Assembly: GCF_009914755.1 (NCBI RefSeq)
Contig: NC_060931.1
Origin: the human T2T-CHM13v2.0 reference genome, Homo sapiens
Reading direction: 5' to 3' (one strand)
Length of the DNA stretch: 64,000 nucleotides
Below are positions 1 through 13,526 of this stretch, one piece after another; position 1 is the stretch's first letter, and every line of letters begins with the position of its first letter. The notes beneath the pieces were generated by a model. It ran no database searches. It was not told the DNA's origin and saw nothing but the letters and a program-made list of their open reading frames with translations. Position numbers and translations under genes: made by a program.

Positions 1-263
1 AAGGCACGTGAAGATGTTAACTTCTGTGCTTATTCTGAAGGGGCTTTAATGCTAACATGTCTTGCATTTCTTCAGTATTATTTATATAGAACTTCATGTT
101 TATAAAGCTAAGACAAGGTGCCTGGATGAACTGGAAGCTTTCTCAGGCGGGTCCTAGGAACTCTGCTATGAACTCTCTTGGCTCTCTATGGACCACACAT
201 TTTATAATTCATTCTGTATAAACAACACAAATCTTCTGAGCATTTTCCGTGCAGTGAATGTTG

Positions 264-269
264 AATAAA
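264..269 (+). terminator. Candidate polyadenylation signal
   Basis: AATAAA in unique sequence with upstream TGTA (215-218) and downstream GT/T-rich bases; no transcript evidence. Confidence 0.25.
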
Positions 270-899
270 TTCTTTTCAGTGGTGACATTGACTCCTTAGG
301 CTGTTTATTTGGACTTCCTCAGTAGAGATATATTCATACAAACCAAATAATCTTAAATGTTGTGCCCGGGATGTATTGTAAGTCATGTTTATGAATGGAG
401 TTTTATATTCTCTATGAAGGTGCAGAAAGAGAATATAGTACACATAATGCTCAGTCCAGTCGGGTACATGGTAGAGTGCATAAAAAGTAGCCCTGGGCAT
501 GTGAAATGTGTATCTATAGAAATGCATATTTTAAAGAACTTTGAAAATTGGCTAGTGAAAAATATTAAAGTTGAAAAGATTGGCAATGTATATTTAAAAA
601 TCACTATCTACTAGAGGGAACATGAATATGGTTCAAGAGAGGGAATCAATAGTTAGTAAGGATAAAATGGATAAGAAAAGAAAATTGAAATACAGGCAGG
701 AAATATATTCAGGCAAGAGAAGTGATGTAATGAAAAGAAAGCAGAATTGAAACCACAGCCTCTTCCATAACAAATGTAAGTGTTAAAATCATAGCGGATG
801 ATTTTTTCAGTAATTTTGGCTAGAGCAGGAAAAGGGGGTGTCTATAGAACAGCACTTTTAGTGTTTGCTGAGGTGGACAAAAGCAATCACAATTAATGA

Positions 900-918
900 G
901 CTCCAGCAGGGGGCAAAG
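900..918 (+). promoter_or_regulatory. CTCF motif
   Basis: gctCCAGCAGGGGGCAaag matches the CTCF core CC(A/G)(C/G)(C/T)AG(A/G)(G/T)GGC(A/G). Confidence 0.5.
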
Positions 919-1341
919 GCAAACAAAGGAAGTTTGATTTTTGCTGTGATTACAAATTAAGAGTAGCTCAAAATCCGTTCTCTAAAGCTTGTTGGGTGCT
1001 CCCAGTTTCCCAGCTTCCCCTCCTCTCTACCCAGGTTCCCAGAGCACCCATAAACTCTCTTCCCTCTCCACTTGTAAAATATCCTTTCAGATCACACTTT
1101 TCTTGGTGCCCTGCAACCTAGGAAAATCTCTCCACTCAACAGTCTACCAGTAACACAAACTCTGCATTTAGGGACACATTGGCCACAATAAATTAGAAGG
1201 AAATTTTACCAAAAGAAAATAAGTATAATGTTTACATTTTTAGATCTGTATTTATAGATATAAATGCAAATGCAACTGATAAGGGATGGCAGTTATATAA
1301 TAATCAAAATTCTTCAATATTATTTATAATTCTTGTATCAA

Positions 1342-1470
1342 TAGAGTTGCAAGAGTTAGCAAATAAAATACACGATGCCCAGGTAAATAAATTGCAAAGA
1401 AACAGCTGTTTAGTATAAGTACATCCCATGCAATATTCAGGATGTACTAATACTAAAAAATTATTCATTG
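1342..1470. mobile_element. MER53 palindromic hAT-type MITE, truncated
   Basis: tagagttgcaagagttagcaaataaaatacacgatgcccag end plus central tttagtataagtacatcc...ggatgtactaatactaaa palindrome. Confidence 0.75.
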
Positions 1471-1970
1471 CTCTGTAGAGTACAACGAAAGCCCGGACAT
1501 CTCACAGAATAAACAAAAATAGTTCTTAAAAGTTGAGGAAGCATCAATACTGTACATAATTCTACTTCGATATTTATATGCCTCTAACACCCACTAAGGT
1601 TCTTCAGGAATGTTCTCAGCTCTCTGAGACGGGATTTTCTCACCTTTCTCTCTCCTGGTCATTCAGGAGTCCCCAAAGCTTCTTGTCAACCCTAGATATT
1701 ATCAGAGATTCTCTAAGGCTCCTTCTCATGCTTGTTGGTTCTAAGTGCAACTCTGTTGAGACCACAGACCTCTCTAGAAAGAGGCTGCTGGATTTGAGGC
1801 TCCTCCATTCAAAGGGCCAACCCTTTCCTGAGATTCCACCGCTTCTGAGTGCTCCAGCAGTCGCTGCCTTGCACATGGTTGGACCTCCCCAGTACAACGT
1901 TGAACACAGCAGTGACAGCAGATGTCCTTGTTTCATTTGCAATCTCACAGAGAAAGCTTTCAATATTTCT

Positions 1971-2259
<289 letters not shown>

Positions 2260-2586
2260 TAAATTTGCAAAGTTTCCTTCCATTCCTCATTTGCTAACAA
2301 TTTTTATCAAGAATGGGGGCTTATTCTATCTAATATTTTTTCTGCAGCTATTGAGATGATCATTTGGGTGTTCTTCTTTATTCTGATAATGTGAAGAATT
2401 ACATAGTTTTTCAAATACTGGTCTTGTATCCCCAGAAGAAACCCAAAGTGATCACAAAGAATCATTTTCTGATATTTTGCTGAGGATTTTGAAAATCTAT
2501 TTTTATGGAAGAGGTGGGCCCATGCTTTTCTTTCTGCCTATCAGTTTCTGAAAGGGATTTGTTAAAATTTATACCTATGATTGTAG

Positions 2587-2941
<355 letters not shown>

Positions 2942-3204
2942 AATTTTTTCTCTTTCTACAGTGTAAGCCTATGTTATTTATTTCACACAAATTCAGGATT
3001 GAATTTGCTAGATCTTTGTCCTTATAAAATGTTCCTCTTTATCTCTAGTACTATCTCGTGTTGAAGTCCATTTTTCGTCAGAATAACTATCTTAGTTTTC
3101 ATTATCTTAATGTGTGCATTGTATATGTTTTTCCACCTTTTTATTTTTAATTTTTCTATTTTCTTCATATCTAAGGTAAGTCTCGTGTGAGTGGCATATT
3201 CGTG

Positions 3205-3222
3205 TTTTTTTGTTCTTTTTGT

Positions 3223-3255
<33 letters not shown>

Positions 3256-3547
3256 TGTTTTTGTTTTTGAGTCAGGGTCTCACTCTGTTGCCCAGGCTGG
3301 AGAGCAGGGACACAATCTTGGCTCACTGCAGCCTCAACTTCCCAGGCTCGGGCGATCCTACCACAGCCTCAGGAGTAGCTGAGACTTCAGGCGCAGGCCA
3401 CCATGCTCAGCTATTTTTTTGTATTTTTAGTAGAGAAAGGGTTCCGCCTTGTTGCCTAGGATGGTCTTGAACTCCTGGGCTCAAGCAATCCACCTGCCTG
3501 GGCCTCCCAAAGTGCTGGGACTAAGGCATGAGCCACCACACCTGACC
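3205..3547 (-). mobile_element. AluJ with (TTTTG)n/(TTTTTG)n tail
   Basis: gggtctcactctg, gcagcctcaac and ctcctgggctcaagcaatcc AluJ diagnostics. Confidence 0.92.
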
Positions 3548-4727
3548 AATGTTTTGTTATTTATTAACAAACAAAGTTACCTTTCATTTGGAGTTTTTCG
3601 TTCAATTACATTGAATATAATTACCAATATGTTTGAGTTTGAATTTGCCATCTTGCCATTTGTTTTCTACATGTCCCACCTATTATTTGTTCTTTTGTGT
3701 TTTCCTATCTTTTTAGCTTAATCAGATATTTTTAGTTATCTCATTTGTTCTCCTAATAGCTTGTAAATGGTATATCCTTCTATTATCTCTCATAGTCTTC
3801 TAAACAAACTCTTGAGATTGGTTTGTTAAATAATGTTTAAATGTATCTCTTTAACATTTTATCAGTGATGCTTTTGAAAGTACAAATGATTCAAACCAGA
3901 AAACATTTAGCTGTGATATATGAGTCCATGTTAGACTTCATATTTACTGGAAGAGAAAGTCTTTCCAGGAAACACTGCGCTATGGAAGTTTACATTCTCA
4001 TTCCTGAACCATCAGTATAAATTATTGCAAATTCATCATTAAGAATGCTGTAGCTAAAAAATCCCATGCCAGGGACCACTCACCGAAGTTCTCTGGGGAA
4101 AAAACGTGTATATAAAGTGAAAAGGCTGAGTTCTTCAGGAAGGAGTGAAGGTTGTAATGATGGACTTCACTAGGAAACCAGAATATATATGGAGATTCCT
4201 GAAGGATATTTATGAGGACTTGGCCCCCATATTCTACCATAAGATGGACCCCTGGCTGCACTTGCCATGGGGAAGTCTATGGATAGCCTAATCTACCTCC
4301 GGCTCTACTTGATGGACTAGCAGAAAATTTACATGGGAGTCCCTAACTCACCCAGGGTTTAGCTACCATGGCATAGATGGTGGCATGGCAAACAGACCAC
4401 TGGAAAATATAAAATCCCTCCAGTTAGACCTCGGAGCCAAGTTGCTTCTAAGTCACCTCTGGCTTTTTCCTGCATATACAAGGGAGGTGCCTGCCTCAGG
4501 AACAAAACTCTGCATAAGTGTCAAGTTCACAGAAAGCCTTGCCAGAAGCTGGAAGGACCTTGAGATGAGGTGTGATTCTTGTGTCATTGAGCCCCTGCTT
4601 AGACTTCCTTTGGGTGTGTCATACATCTGCCGAGGGAGGCGCCAAAGGAAAGTTTTATGACCTCTAAGGAAGGAATATAAATTAACCTACCTATCCAGCT
4701 TGTGTAGTGTTTTCTTTTCCAAAATAC

Positions 4728-4872
4728 TTTCTCTCCTCTCCACTTCTTCCTTCTTTCCTTCCTTCTCCCCCTCCTTGCCTTCCCTCCCTCCCTTTCTTTC
4801 TTCTCCCTTTCCTTCCTTCCTTTTCCTCCTTCCTTCCTTTCCTTCTTCCCTCCTTCCTTCCTTTCTTCTTGC
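4728..4872. repeat. (CCTT)n-like polypyrimidine low-complexity tract
   Basis: ~145 bp almost purely C/T. Confidence 0.9.
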
Positions 4873-5533
4873 TCTCACCTTTCATTCTCTCATTCTTAAC
4901 CTGGATTTTTTGCTAACCCAAATGTTTTTAGCCTTTCAAACAAAGTCCCACCTTGGCTCATGGCACATATAGAATAAAGATGATTTTTCACTTGGACAGT
5001 TCTCATATTCGGACACTTCAGTATTTGAATAGTCCTCTGGTGCCTACTCCACTTCTCCAGACTGGGAGAAGGGAGAGTATTATCTCCCTTCATTACCATC
5101 TGGCCAGGTGTCTTCCCATTTGTAATCCCCTGATTGGGTAGTGTTCTTCCCCTCTGTGTGCATCTAGTGAACTGAGAAGAATATATTCAGTGTCACCCAG
5201 CTGTTTATTCCATTAAATTCTCAGTGTTTGCCGTATATTAGCTGAAGAAAAATATTAACATCCTGTGGCTGGATTGTAAGCTATTATAGTATATTGGTTA
5301 CATAAATGAAGTGTACAGTGGAAAGAGATTCAAACTGGTGATCATAAAGCATGAAGAAAAACATTTTAACTGTGTCATTAGTATTGTAATTTATTCATTG
5401 ATGCTTGGTTTGCTGCTGATATGTTCGTAAGTAACTGCTTGGTTCATACCTGTCTCTACTCTGAGAATATGGTGATGAGAAGCTTCCAGTTGTCTCCAGA
5501 AAAGCATCCTTAGCATCAATTTGAAATAAATGG

Positions 5534-5965
5534 TGTATTAGGTTAATAAAGGCTAAGCTGCTATAACAGAAACTCCCCTAGCTCCCCGCCACCACCAAAT
5601 ATAGTGGCTTAAATAAGATTGAATTTTATTTCTCTTTCACATACATAGATAGTGGGCAGTTCTGCTCCACAAAACTGTCGAGGGACTTAGATTTATTTCA
5701 TCTTGCTAATATGTCATTCCTAAAATGTTGTCTTTATTTAAATGATCAAAAATGACTTATTGCTTTGCCTGGTTTTAAACTCTTGAGAAAGAGAAAAAGA
5801 CGAAAAACAAGGCAAATAATTTTCTTTCTGACAAGTAATGTGGAAATCGTTCACATCTCTGAAGCTTACATTTCATTGGCAAAAAAGTCTTTGCCACATA
5901 GCTATACCTAACTGCAAAGATTGTTAGGAAATTTAGTCTCTAGCTGGGAAGCTATGTCTCCAGGA
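5534..5965 (-). mobile_element. MaLR LTR (MLT1K/L-like)
   Basis: Begins tgtattag...gctgctataaca...agtggcttaaa and ends with cattggc...cctaactgcaaag...ggaaatttagtc. Confidence 0.65.
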
Positions 5966-6051
5966 AAAAAGTGAAGATAAATTTGAAAAGACAAATATAC
6001 CTCACACATCCAATTTGAAATCAATTACAATTACCATTAGCTCTATAAGAC

Positions 6052-6272
6052 CGTATAACATAATGGTTAAGAGATCTAGTTCTGGAGACAAAAAGCATTA
6101 AGTCCAGTTTGGGCTCTAACACTTACTAGTTGTGTGGTCATAGGCGGGTCACTTAACTTCCTTAAAACCTTAGTTTCCTCACCTGTAATATGGGAAACAT
6201 AACAGAACCTTTGGTCAAGATTATGTGAAATATATAAAGGGTAACATAGTAAGAGTTCAATAAATGTTACCT
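6052..6272 (+). mobile_element. MIR
   Basis: MIR core cacttactagttgtgtg...cttagtttcctcacctgtaa and 3' tcaataaatgtta. Confidence 0.85.
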
Positions 6273-6499
6273 GACTTAGTTTCCTGAAGGGAGTGAATGA
6301 ACCTCTTATGGATAATAAGACTTCCGGGCCAATGGGAGGTCATCCAATTAAGAGCCTCTTTGTCTCAACAAAATTTATTTAGCAAGACTCTACTTTGTAG
6401 AAGGCACTGGAATAGTAGGTATTAATTTATCAGATAAGTTATATACTTTGAATGAGTTTTTATTATGTAAAAAAGACATATAAATCACTCTAAATTCCC

Positions 6500-6642
6500 C
6501 CTCTATGTATGAAGATAACAATAGTTCTTAGTGTTCTTAGTGCTTTTCTCACTGAATATAGAGGAATGGATGAGATAACGTTTGTCAAGAGCTTAGCTCA
6601 TTCTCTAGCATAACATACAGTAAGTACTCAATATATGTTACC
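6500..6642 (+). mobile_element. MIR 3' fragment
   Basis: gatgagataa...agtaagtactcaatatatgtta. Confidence 0.55.
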
Positions 6643-6649
6643 TCCATAT

Positions 6650-7330
6650 TATACAAGGCGAGTGCTAAATATTATTACAAGCAATGCTATGGGAATACAA
6701 AAGAAGGAACAATTAATTCTGGCTAGAAGGACTAGGGAAGATTTCAAGGAGCTTCTGGAACTTCTGCAGGATTTTTAAGGATGAGTAGGATTTCAAAAAT
6801 TTGAAGATTTTAAAAGGATGGTTTCATCAAAGAAAACAACATGAGCCAAAGCATGAAGGTGAGCTATTGTGTGGCGTGTTCAAGGACAGAATAACTGGAT
6901 AAGAGATTCATGGGATAATGAATGGGAGAAGTTGTGGAGGAGATTATAATGTGAGATCAGATAATGATGGACTTCCTTCATTAAGCAGTGGAGAGGTTTC
7001 TGAGGGGATTTTCATACTCTGAACTATTTATTAGGTTGACCACCTTTGTTAGCAGCATACAGTATAGATTAGAAGGGAGATGGGCGTTTCAAATGAGAGG
7101 CTGGAAGAGCAGACAGTGGCTATGAAAGTTGTCCAGGAAAAGGACAATAGGGTCTGAATCTGGGCACTATCATTGAGAATGGAAAGTGAAGGACAGAGAA
7201 GAGTTATAGAAGAGGCAAAAATCAGTAGGTTTTTGCAACTCACCTAATAAGAAAAGTGAAGGAGAGTGGAGAGCTGAAAATATTTAAGATTTCTAATCTG
7301 AGCATTATAACCAGGGAAGATGTACAATAA
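6650..7330 (-). mobile_element. L2 fragment
   Basis: Purine-rich L2-like text: tgctatgggaatacaaaagaagg...aggatgagtaggatt...catgagccaaagcatgaagg. Confidence 0.6.
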
Positions 7331-7560
7331 CTTCAAAGTGGTATCTGCTAAAACCAAAATCTACTAGGGCATAGCTATTCAGATTTCCAATATCAATGGC
7401 CTGAGGCAATGGCATTTCTTGCATGCCAGTGTGGTAATCAGTTTCAGTAAAAACGCATAAATCCCAATGTGAGCACTCAATTATCTTCAAAATCTAGTCT
7501 TACTGGGTCTTCAGAATTCACCAGGAAATAGCATTCACTTGAGAAATATGACCTGAAGAT

Positions 7561-8109
7561 AACTTCCGCTTCCAGCTCAATGGAGTACCTGGTATCAGAC
7601 CATCTGTCCTGCTGAGGACACCATCAAAGCTGGATAGAATACAAAGAGAAAAAAAATCCAGCTGTTTGAAGGTGTCAGAGGATACCCCATGATGCTAAGA
7701 TACGGGGGAAAAGTACTCTTAGGATACCTTAAGATTCTGCATTAATTTCCACTCACAGTACTTGCTGATTCCTAAAATGCACATGTATAAGGTGAAATTT
7801 GTGAAACTAAACCAAAAGTATCAATTAAGTGGTAGAGATTTTGACAGTTTTATAGTCCTGCAAAGATTAAAAAACGGGGGCCCCAAACCTACAAAAACAA
7901 GTCTTTAATGATTTTTACCTGAAAGCTTGAACAGTGATACACCTTGAGAAACTAACAGTCCCAACTAGATCAAAGAGTGATTTTTTCATTTGTTATGTAC
8001 CCATTAGAAGAAAATTAATTTCCAAATTCAGGAAAATAACTATTCAGATTCTCTATAATTTTTCATACTCGATATAATTTTTCATATTTAATAAAACATT
8101 AACAGGCAT
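7561..8109 (+). mobile_element. Old L1ME-type 5' region, resuming at ~12443-12610
   Basis: acttccgcttccagctcaatggagta start typical of L1ME 5' ends; split by a later L1MD insertion. Confidence 0.5.
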
Positions 8110-9236
8110 TTTCACTAAGATAAAGAACAAGGCAAGGATGACCACTAACTCTTCTACTATCCCACACTGTACTAGAGTTATGAGTGAAAGTAATCAGGTA
8201 AAGGAAATCAATCAAGGCCTAAGAATGGATAAAGCTAAAGTAAAATGTTCTCTATTTGAAGATGCTATAACAGTATACTAGCAAAACCTAACAGAATCAA
8301 TGATGAAACTAACTCAAACAATAAAACATTGAGTAAGCTAGCAGGATATTAAAATGACAGAAAAAATCAATAGCTTTCATGTCCACAAACAATGAAAAGT
8401 TAGAAGACATGATGGTAGAGAACACCTCATTTACAATAGTTACCAAAAAGATAAAATATTTAGAAATAAGCTTAAAAAGAAGTGTGTAAAATATGTATAA
8501 GGAAAATTTTAATACACTCCTGAAAGACAAAAAAAGTAGATTTGAACAAATAGAAAGACATTTTCTGTTCTTAGGCAGGATAGTTTAATATTATAAAAGA
8601 TGTGAATTTTCCCTAAGATAATTTACACATGAAATGTGATGCCAATAAAAGCACCAACAAGCTATTTTATGGAGTTAAAGGTGACACTTATGAGTAGTGG
8701 ACATTAAAACATACTATAAAGCCTCTATAATTAAAACAACATGGCAAAGGCACATGGCCAGTGAGGTGGAGTAGAAAATTCAGAGAAAGACTCATATAAG
8801 AAAAAGTAGTATACGATGAGGATGGCATTTGAAACCACTGGAGTAAAGATGTTTAAAAATAAATGATGTTAGACAATTGAGTACACATTCGGAAAAAGAT
8901 AAAATGAGATCCATATCTCAGAGTATACATAAGAATAGACTCCAAACACTTCAGGGATATAAAGAAAAAAAGTGAAAACCTAAAGTACTTGAATTATTCT
9001 TTAATCTTAATGTAGGAAAAAGCCTTGCTAACTATGACTCAAAATCCAGAGGCAATGAAAAAGAGATAAAAGGTAACTTTTGACAAATAAAAAGGTTTTT
9101 ATGACAAAAAACAAACAAAATACCAATTTAAAAAGCCAAAAGATAACTGACAAACTGGGAAAAAATATTTGCAACATATCTCACAGATAAAGGGCTAGAG
9201 AATGCTTAAAAATTGAGGGCCAAGGAACCAAAAAAA

Positions 9237-9653
9237 TTTTATTTTTATTTTATTTCAGTAGTTTTGGGGGGTACAGGTGGTTTTCGGTTCCATGGATAAG
9301 TTCTTTAGTGGTGATTTCTGAGATTTTGGTACACTCATCACCCGAGAGGTGTACACTGTACCCAATTTGTAGTGTCTTATCATTCACCACCTCCCACCTT
9401 TCCCCTGAGTCCCCAAAGTCCATTATATCATTTTTATGCCTTTGGATCCTCATAGTTTAGCTCCCACTTATAAGTGAGAACATACAATGTTTGGTATTCC
9501 TGAGTTACTTCACTTAGAATAATGGCCTCCAGCTCCATCCAAGTTGCTGTGAAGGTCATTATTTCATTCCAGTTTAAGGCTGAGTAGTATTCCATGGTGT
9601 ATATATATGACATTTTCTTTATCCACTCTTTGGTTGATGAGCATTTAGGTTGG
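9237..9653 (-). mobile_element. L1PB 3' end
   Basis: ggtacaggtggttttcggttccatggataagttctttagtggtgatttctgagatttt L1PB 3' UTR; ORF 9434-9688 contains L1 ORF2 C-terminus-like YTMEYYSA. Confidence 0.88.
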
Positions 9654-10224
9654 GAAGCAAAATGTAATAGAAAAATTGAAAAAGGCATAAACTATTCATA
9701 AAGACATAGTAAAATGGTTCCAAAACATATGTAAAATGATAATCATTCATTAATACCATTTCTCAACAACTGATTAGCAAAACTTAGAAAGCCTGACAAT
9801 ACATTTTGTTGGCAAAGCTGTGAGGAAACAGGTACTCTCATACACTGCTGATGGGAATACAAACTGGCAGAATCTTCCTGGAAGGGAATTTGGAAATACC
9901 TAACAAAACTCTGCATGCACTTATTTTTTAAGACAGTAATCCGACTTCTAGGAATCTACACTGAAGATACACATCTCACAATACAAAAATACATATTCAG
10001 AGTTATTCACTGTAGCATTCTGTAAAATTGCAATAGATTAGAAACAACCTGAAAGTCATACTTTGGAGAGTGGCTGAATAAACTGTGATACTTCCACACA
10101 ATGAAATACTATGTAGCTGTAAAAAGAAACAAAAAGATAAAAGAAAATGAAAAAAAGGAACGTCTCTATTAATTGATATGAAGTGATCTTCAAGATACCA
10201 GGCTAAGTGTAAAAAGCAAGTGCA

Positions 10225-10497
10225 GCCTGTAATCCCAGCACTTTGGGAGGCCCAGGCAGGTGGATCACGAGGTCAAGAGATCGAGACCATCCTGGCCAAC
10301 ATGGTGAAACTCCGTCTCTACTAAAAATACAAAAATTAGCTGGGCATGGTGGCACACACCTGTAGTCCCAGCTACTCAGGAGGCTGAGGCAGGAGAATTG
10401 CTTGAACCTGGGAGGTGGAGGTTGCAGCGAGCCAAGATCACGTCACTGTACTCTAGCCTGGCAACAGAATGAGAGTCTGTCTCAAAAAAAAAAAAAA
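10225..10497 (+). mobile_element. AluSc, 5'-truncated
   Basis: ggtcaagagatcgagaccatcctggccaac; TSD aaaagcaagt(g/a)ca. Confidence 0.93.
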
Positions 10498-10611
10498 TAA
10501 AAGCAAGTACAAAAGGGAATAAGGGAATGAATACCATGCTACCTACCGCGCAGAGAAGAAGGTATAAGAAAAGACACATTTCTGATCATTTACACAAAAG
10601 AAACACAGGAA

Positions 10612-10673
10612 AGATAAACCAAGAACTATAGCAGGTAGGTGACAGATAAACCAAGAACTACGGCAGGTAGGTG
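10612..10673. repeat. Tandem duplication, period 32
   Basis: agataaaccaagaacta(ta/cg)gcaggtaggtg twice. Confidence 0.85.
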
Positions 10674-10935
10674 GGAAAGGAATAGATAGAAGAAAGGAAT
10701 GGGAGAGGTTAAAATGGGGTGAGGGTAACACTTTTGAGTATATCTTTTTGTATAGATCCCACTCCTACAACCATAGTAATGTTACACGCATTCAAAGAAA
10801 TAAACAATTCAAACCAACCAGGTTGTGAAGGGAACTCAAGATGGAGTACAAACAATACCACATTAACTTACCTATATTGTAAACAAAGAACATAACTACA
10901 CTGAAGGGAGTAAGGAAGAAAAGAACTAACTTGTT

Positions 10936-11080
10936 GGCCAGGTGTAGTGGCTCACGCCTATAGTCCCAGCTACTTAGGAGGCCCAGGCAGGGGGATCGCT
11001 TGAGCCTGGGAGGTTCAGGTTACATTGAGCCATGATTGTGCCACTGCACATCAGCCCGGGTGACAGAGAGAGAAAAAAAC
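10936..11080 (+). mobile_element. FRAM-like Alu monomer
   Basis: Single right-arm-type monomer ggccaggtgtagtggctcacgcctatagtcccagctact...gtgacagag. Confidence 0.8.
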
Positions 11081-11487
11081 AACTTAAGTAACTTTGGACA
11101 ACAAGATTTTTGATTGGTACTAAAGACAAAAAGAACTATACATAAATGCTGTAGCCTAGTTGGTAAATTTGTTTCTTATAGAAGCCCGGGTTAACCATTC
11201 TGAAATTAGTTTATGCATATGCTAGGACTGAAAAAAAAAGTAGATAATGAAAACCAAGTTTCTCACCGTCAAAGAAGTGACAAGTAAGGAAAGTAGGAGG
11301 CTAAAATGAACCTTTGCTGCTGGACTGGAATCTGAGGTTTCAATGCAAATTCATGTTTTGAGAGTCTATACAGATAGAGAAATAAAATGGATGTTTGTGT
11401 ATGTGTAAGTATGCACAGATATATTTCCTACCTCTCATTGCTAAGAGGGCCTAGAAGCAACAAACCCATCTAGCACTCAGATCTTAG

Positions 11488-12129
<642 letters not shown>

Positions 12130-13344
12130 AAAGTGCTAAAAACGTAAGGGGTCTTGTCAAAAGGACAAAAGAGCCAACTTAAAGGGGCTCCTCATAACCA
12201 AAGCTGGAATGATCGGAGGGCCAAAATAAATAACGATAGTATTGGACTGCAACCCATGAAATAAAATAAATATCCATAAACCTATAATGCTATAAATAAG
12301 CAACCAAATAAATAAATGGGGAGAAATAACATCTCTTTCATATAGAAGAGTGTCTTAATGAAACTCTTTTTACTATATTTGAAACTTTTATGAGAGTCTA
12401 AAATTAGTTAGAAATAGAAAGTTAAAAAAAATTAATAGGTATGCCAAGAAGTAGAAACAAATGACCAAGAATGTAAAGCAAAAATACAATCACAGGGATC
12501 CTGATACGGAGGTCATCAGGCAAAGACCTTAAAATGTCTATTACCATTAATATTCTCAAGAAAATGTGAAAATTAAACCAAACAAGTAGAATATATTCTT
12601 AAAAGCTTAAATAGAGGAGGCAGAACAAGATGGCCAATTAGAAATCCCTAGCACTTTATCTCCCTGACAAACAGCCAAACTAACAAACAACCACACATCG
12701 ATGAAAATAACTAAAGGAGAGTGCCAGAGCACATCAAAGAAATAGCAGAACCGGTAGAGCACAGAAACCCAGTATGGTCACATAGAGAACAAAAGGAAAC
12801 ACCTTGCCTCTGCCACCCATCCCCCGGTCGAGATCAGCTTGGAACCAGGAGGGACTTCCCTGCAGGGAAAAGGAAAACAGAAGGACCCTGACAACCCCCA
12901 TCACCACCTTGAACAACTACAGTCTTCACTACTGGGGACTCCTGCAGTATTCACAGGTGCTATGTCCAGCTGCAGGAGCTGTCCAGAATCCATACTGCTG
13001 CATGCCTTGACCACTCAGAGTAGGAGCTGACACTGTGCCTTGCCTCCCCATGGCCCACACTGACACTGCACTGAGCTACCTTGAAACCAGAGCCACTGCT
13101 GGAATGTGTCGCGTTCTGGGGGCCAGTAGTCACTGCACCCCTTCATCCCTCAGGCTTTGTCACCACTGAACCACCTCTGCCTGGTGGCCCACAATTCCTG
13201 AGCTGAACTGCTGCTACATCCTATCCTGTGGAACCACTAAAGACCTCAATAGCTAAAGCAAAAGGAACAAAGCTGTAAGCATCTTTGTAACTTACAAAGT
13301 TACAAAGATTTTTGCCAAAGTTACAAAGTTACTTTTGCTAAAGC

Positions 13345-13526
13345 AAAGTTACAAAGTAACTTTGCAAAGTAAAGTTACAAAGTAACTTTGCAAAGTAAAG
13401 TTACAAAGTAACTTTGCAAAGTAAAGTTACAAAGTAACTTTGCAAAGTAAAGTTACAAAGTAACTTTGCAAAGTAAAGTTACAAAGTAACTTTGCAAAGT
13501 AAAGTTACAAAGTTACTTTGCAAAGT
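13345..13526. repeat. 26-bp palindromic minisatellite (6 perfect units plus 1 variant)
   Basis: Unit aaagttacaaagtaactttgcaaagt repeated head-to-tail. Confidence 0.95.

Noticed and set aside
4687-4972. Arg/Lys/Glu/Gly-rich and Pro/Ser/Phe-rich ORFs
   Set aside because: Translations of the (CCTT)n tract
13345-13526. CRISPR-like array of palindromic repeats
   Set aside because: Units are contiguous with no unique spacers, there are no cas genes, and the context is a primate L1; it is a minisatellite
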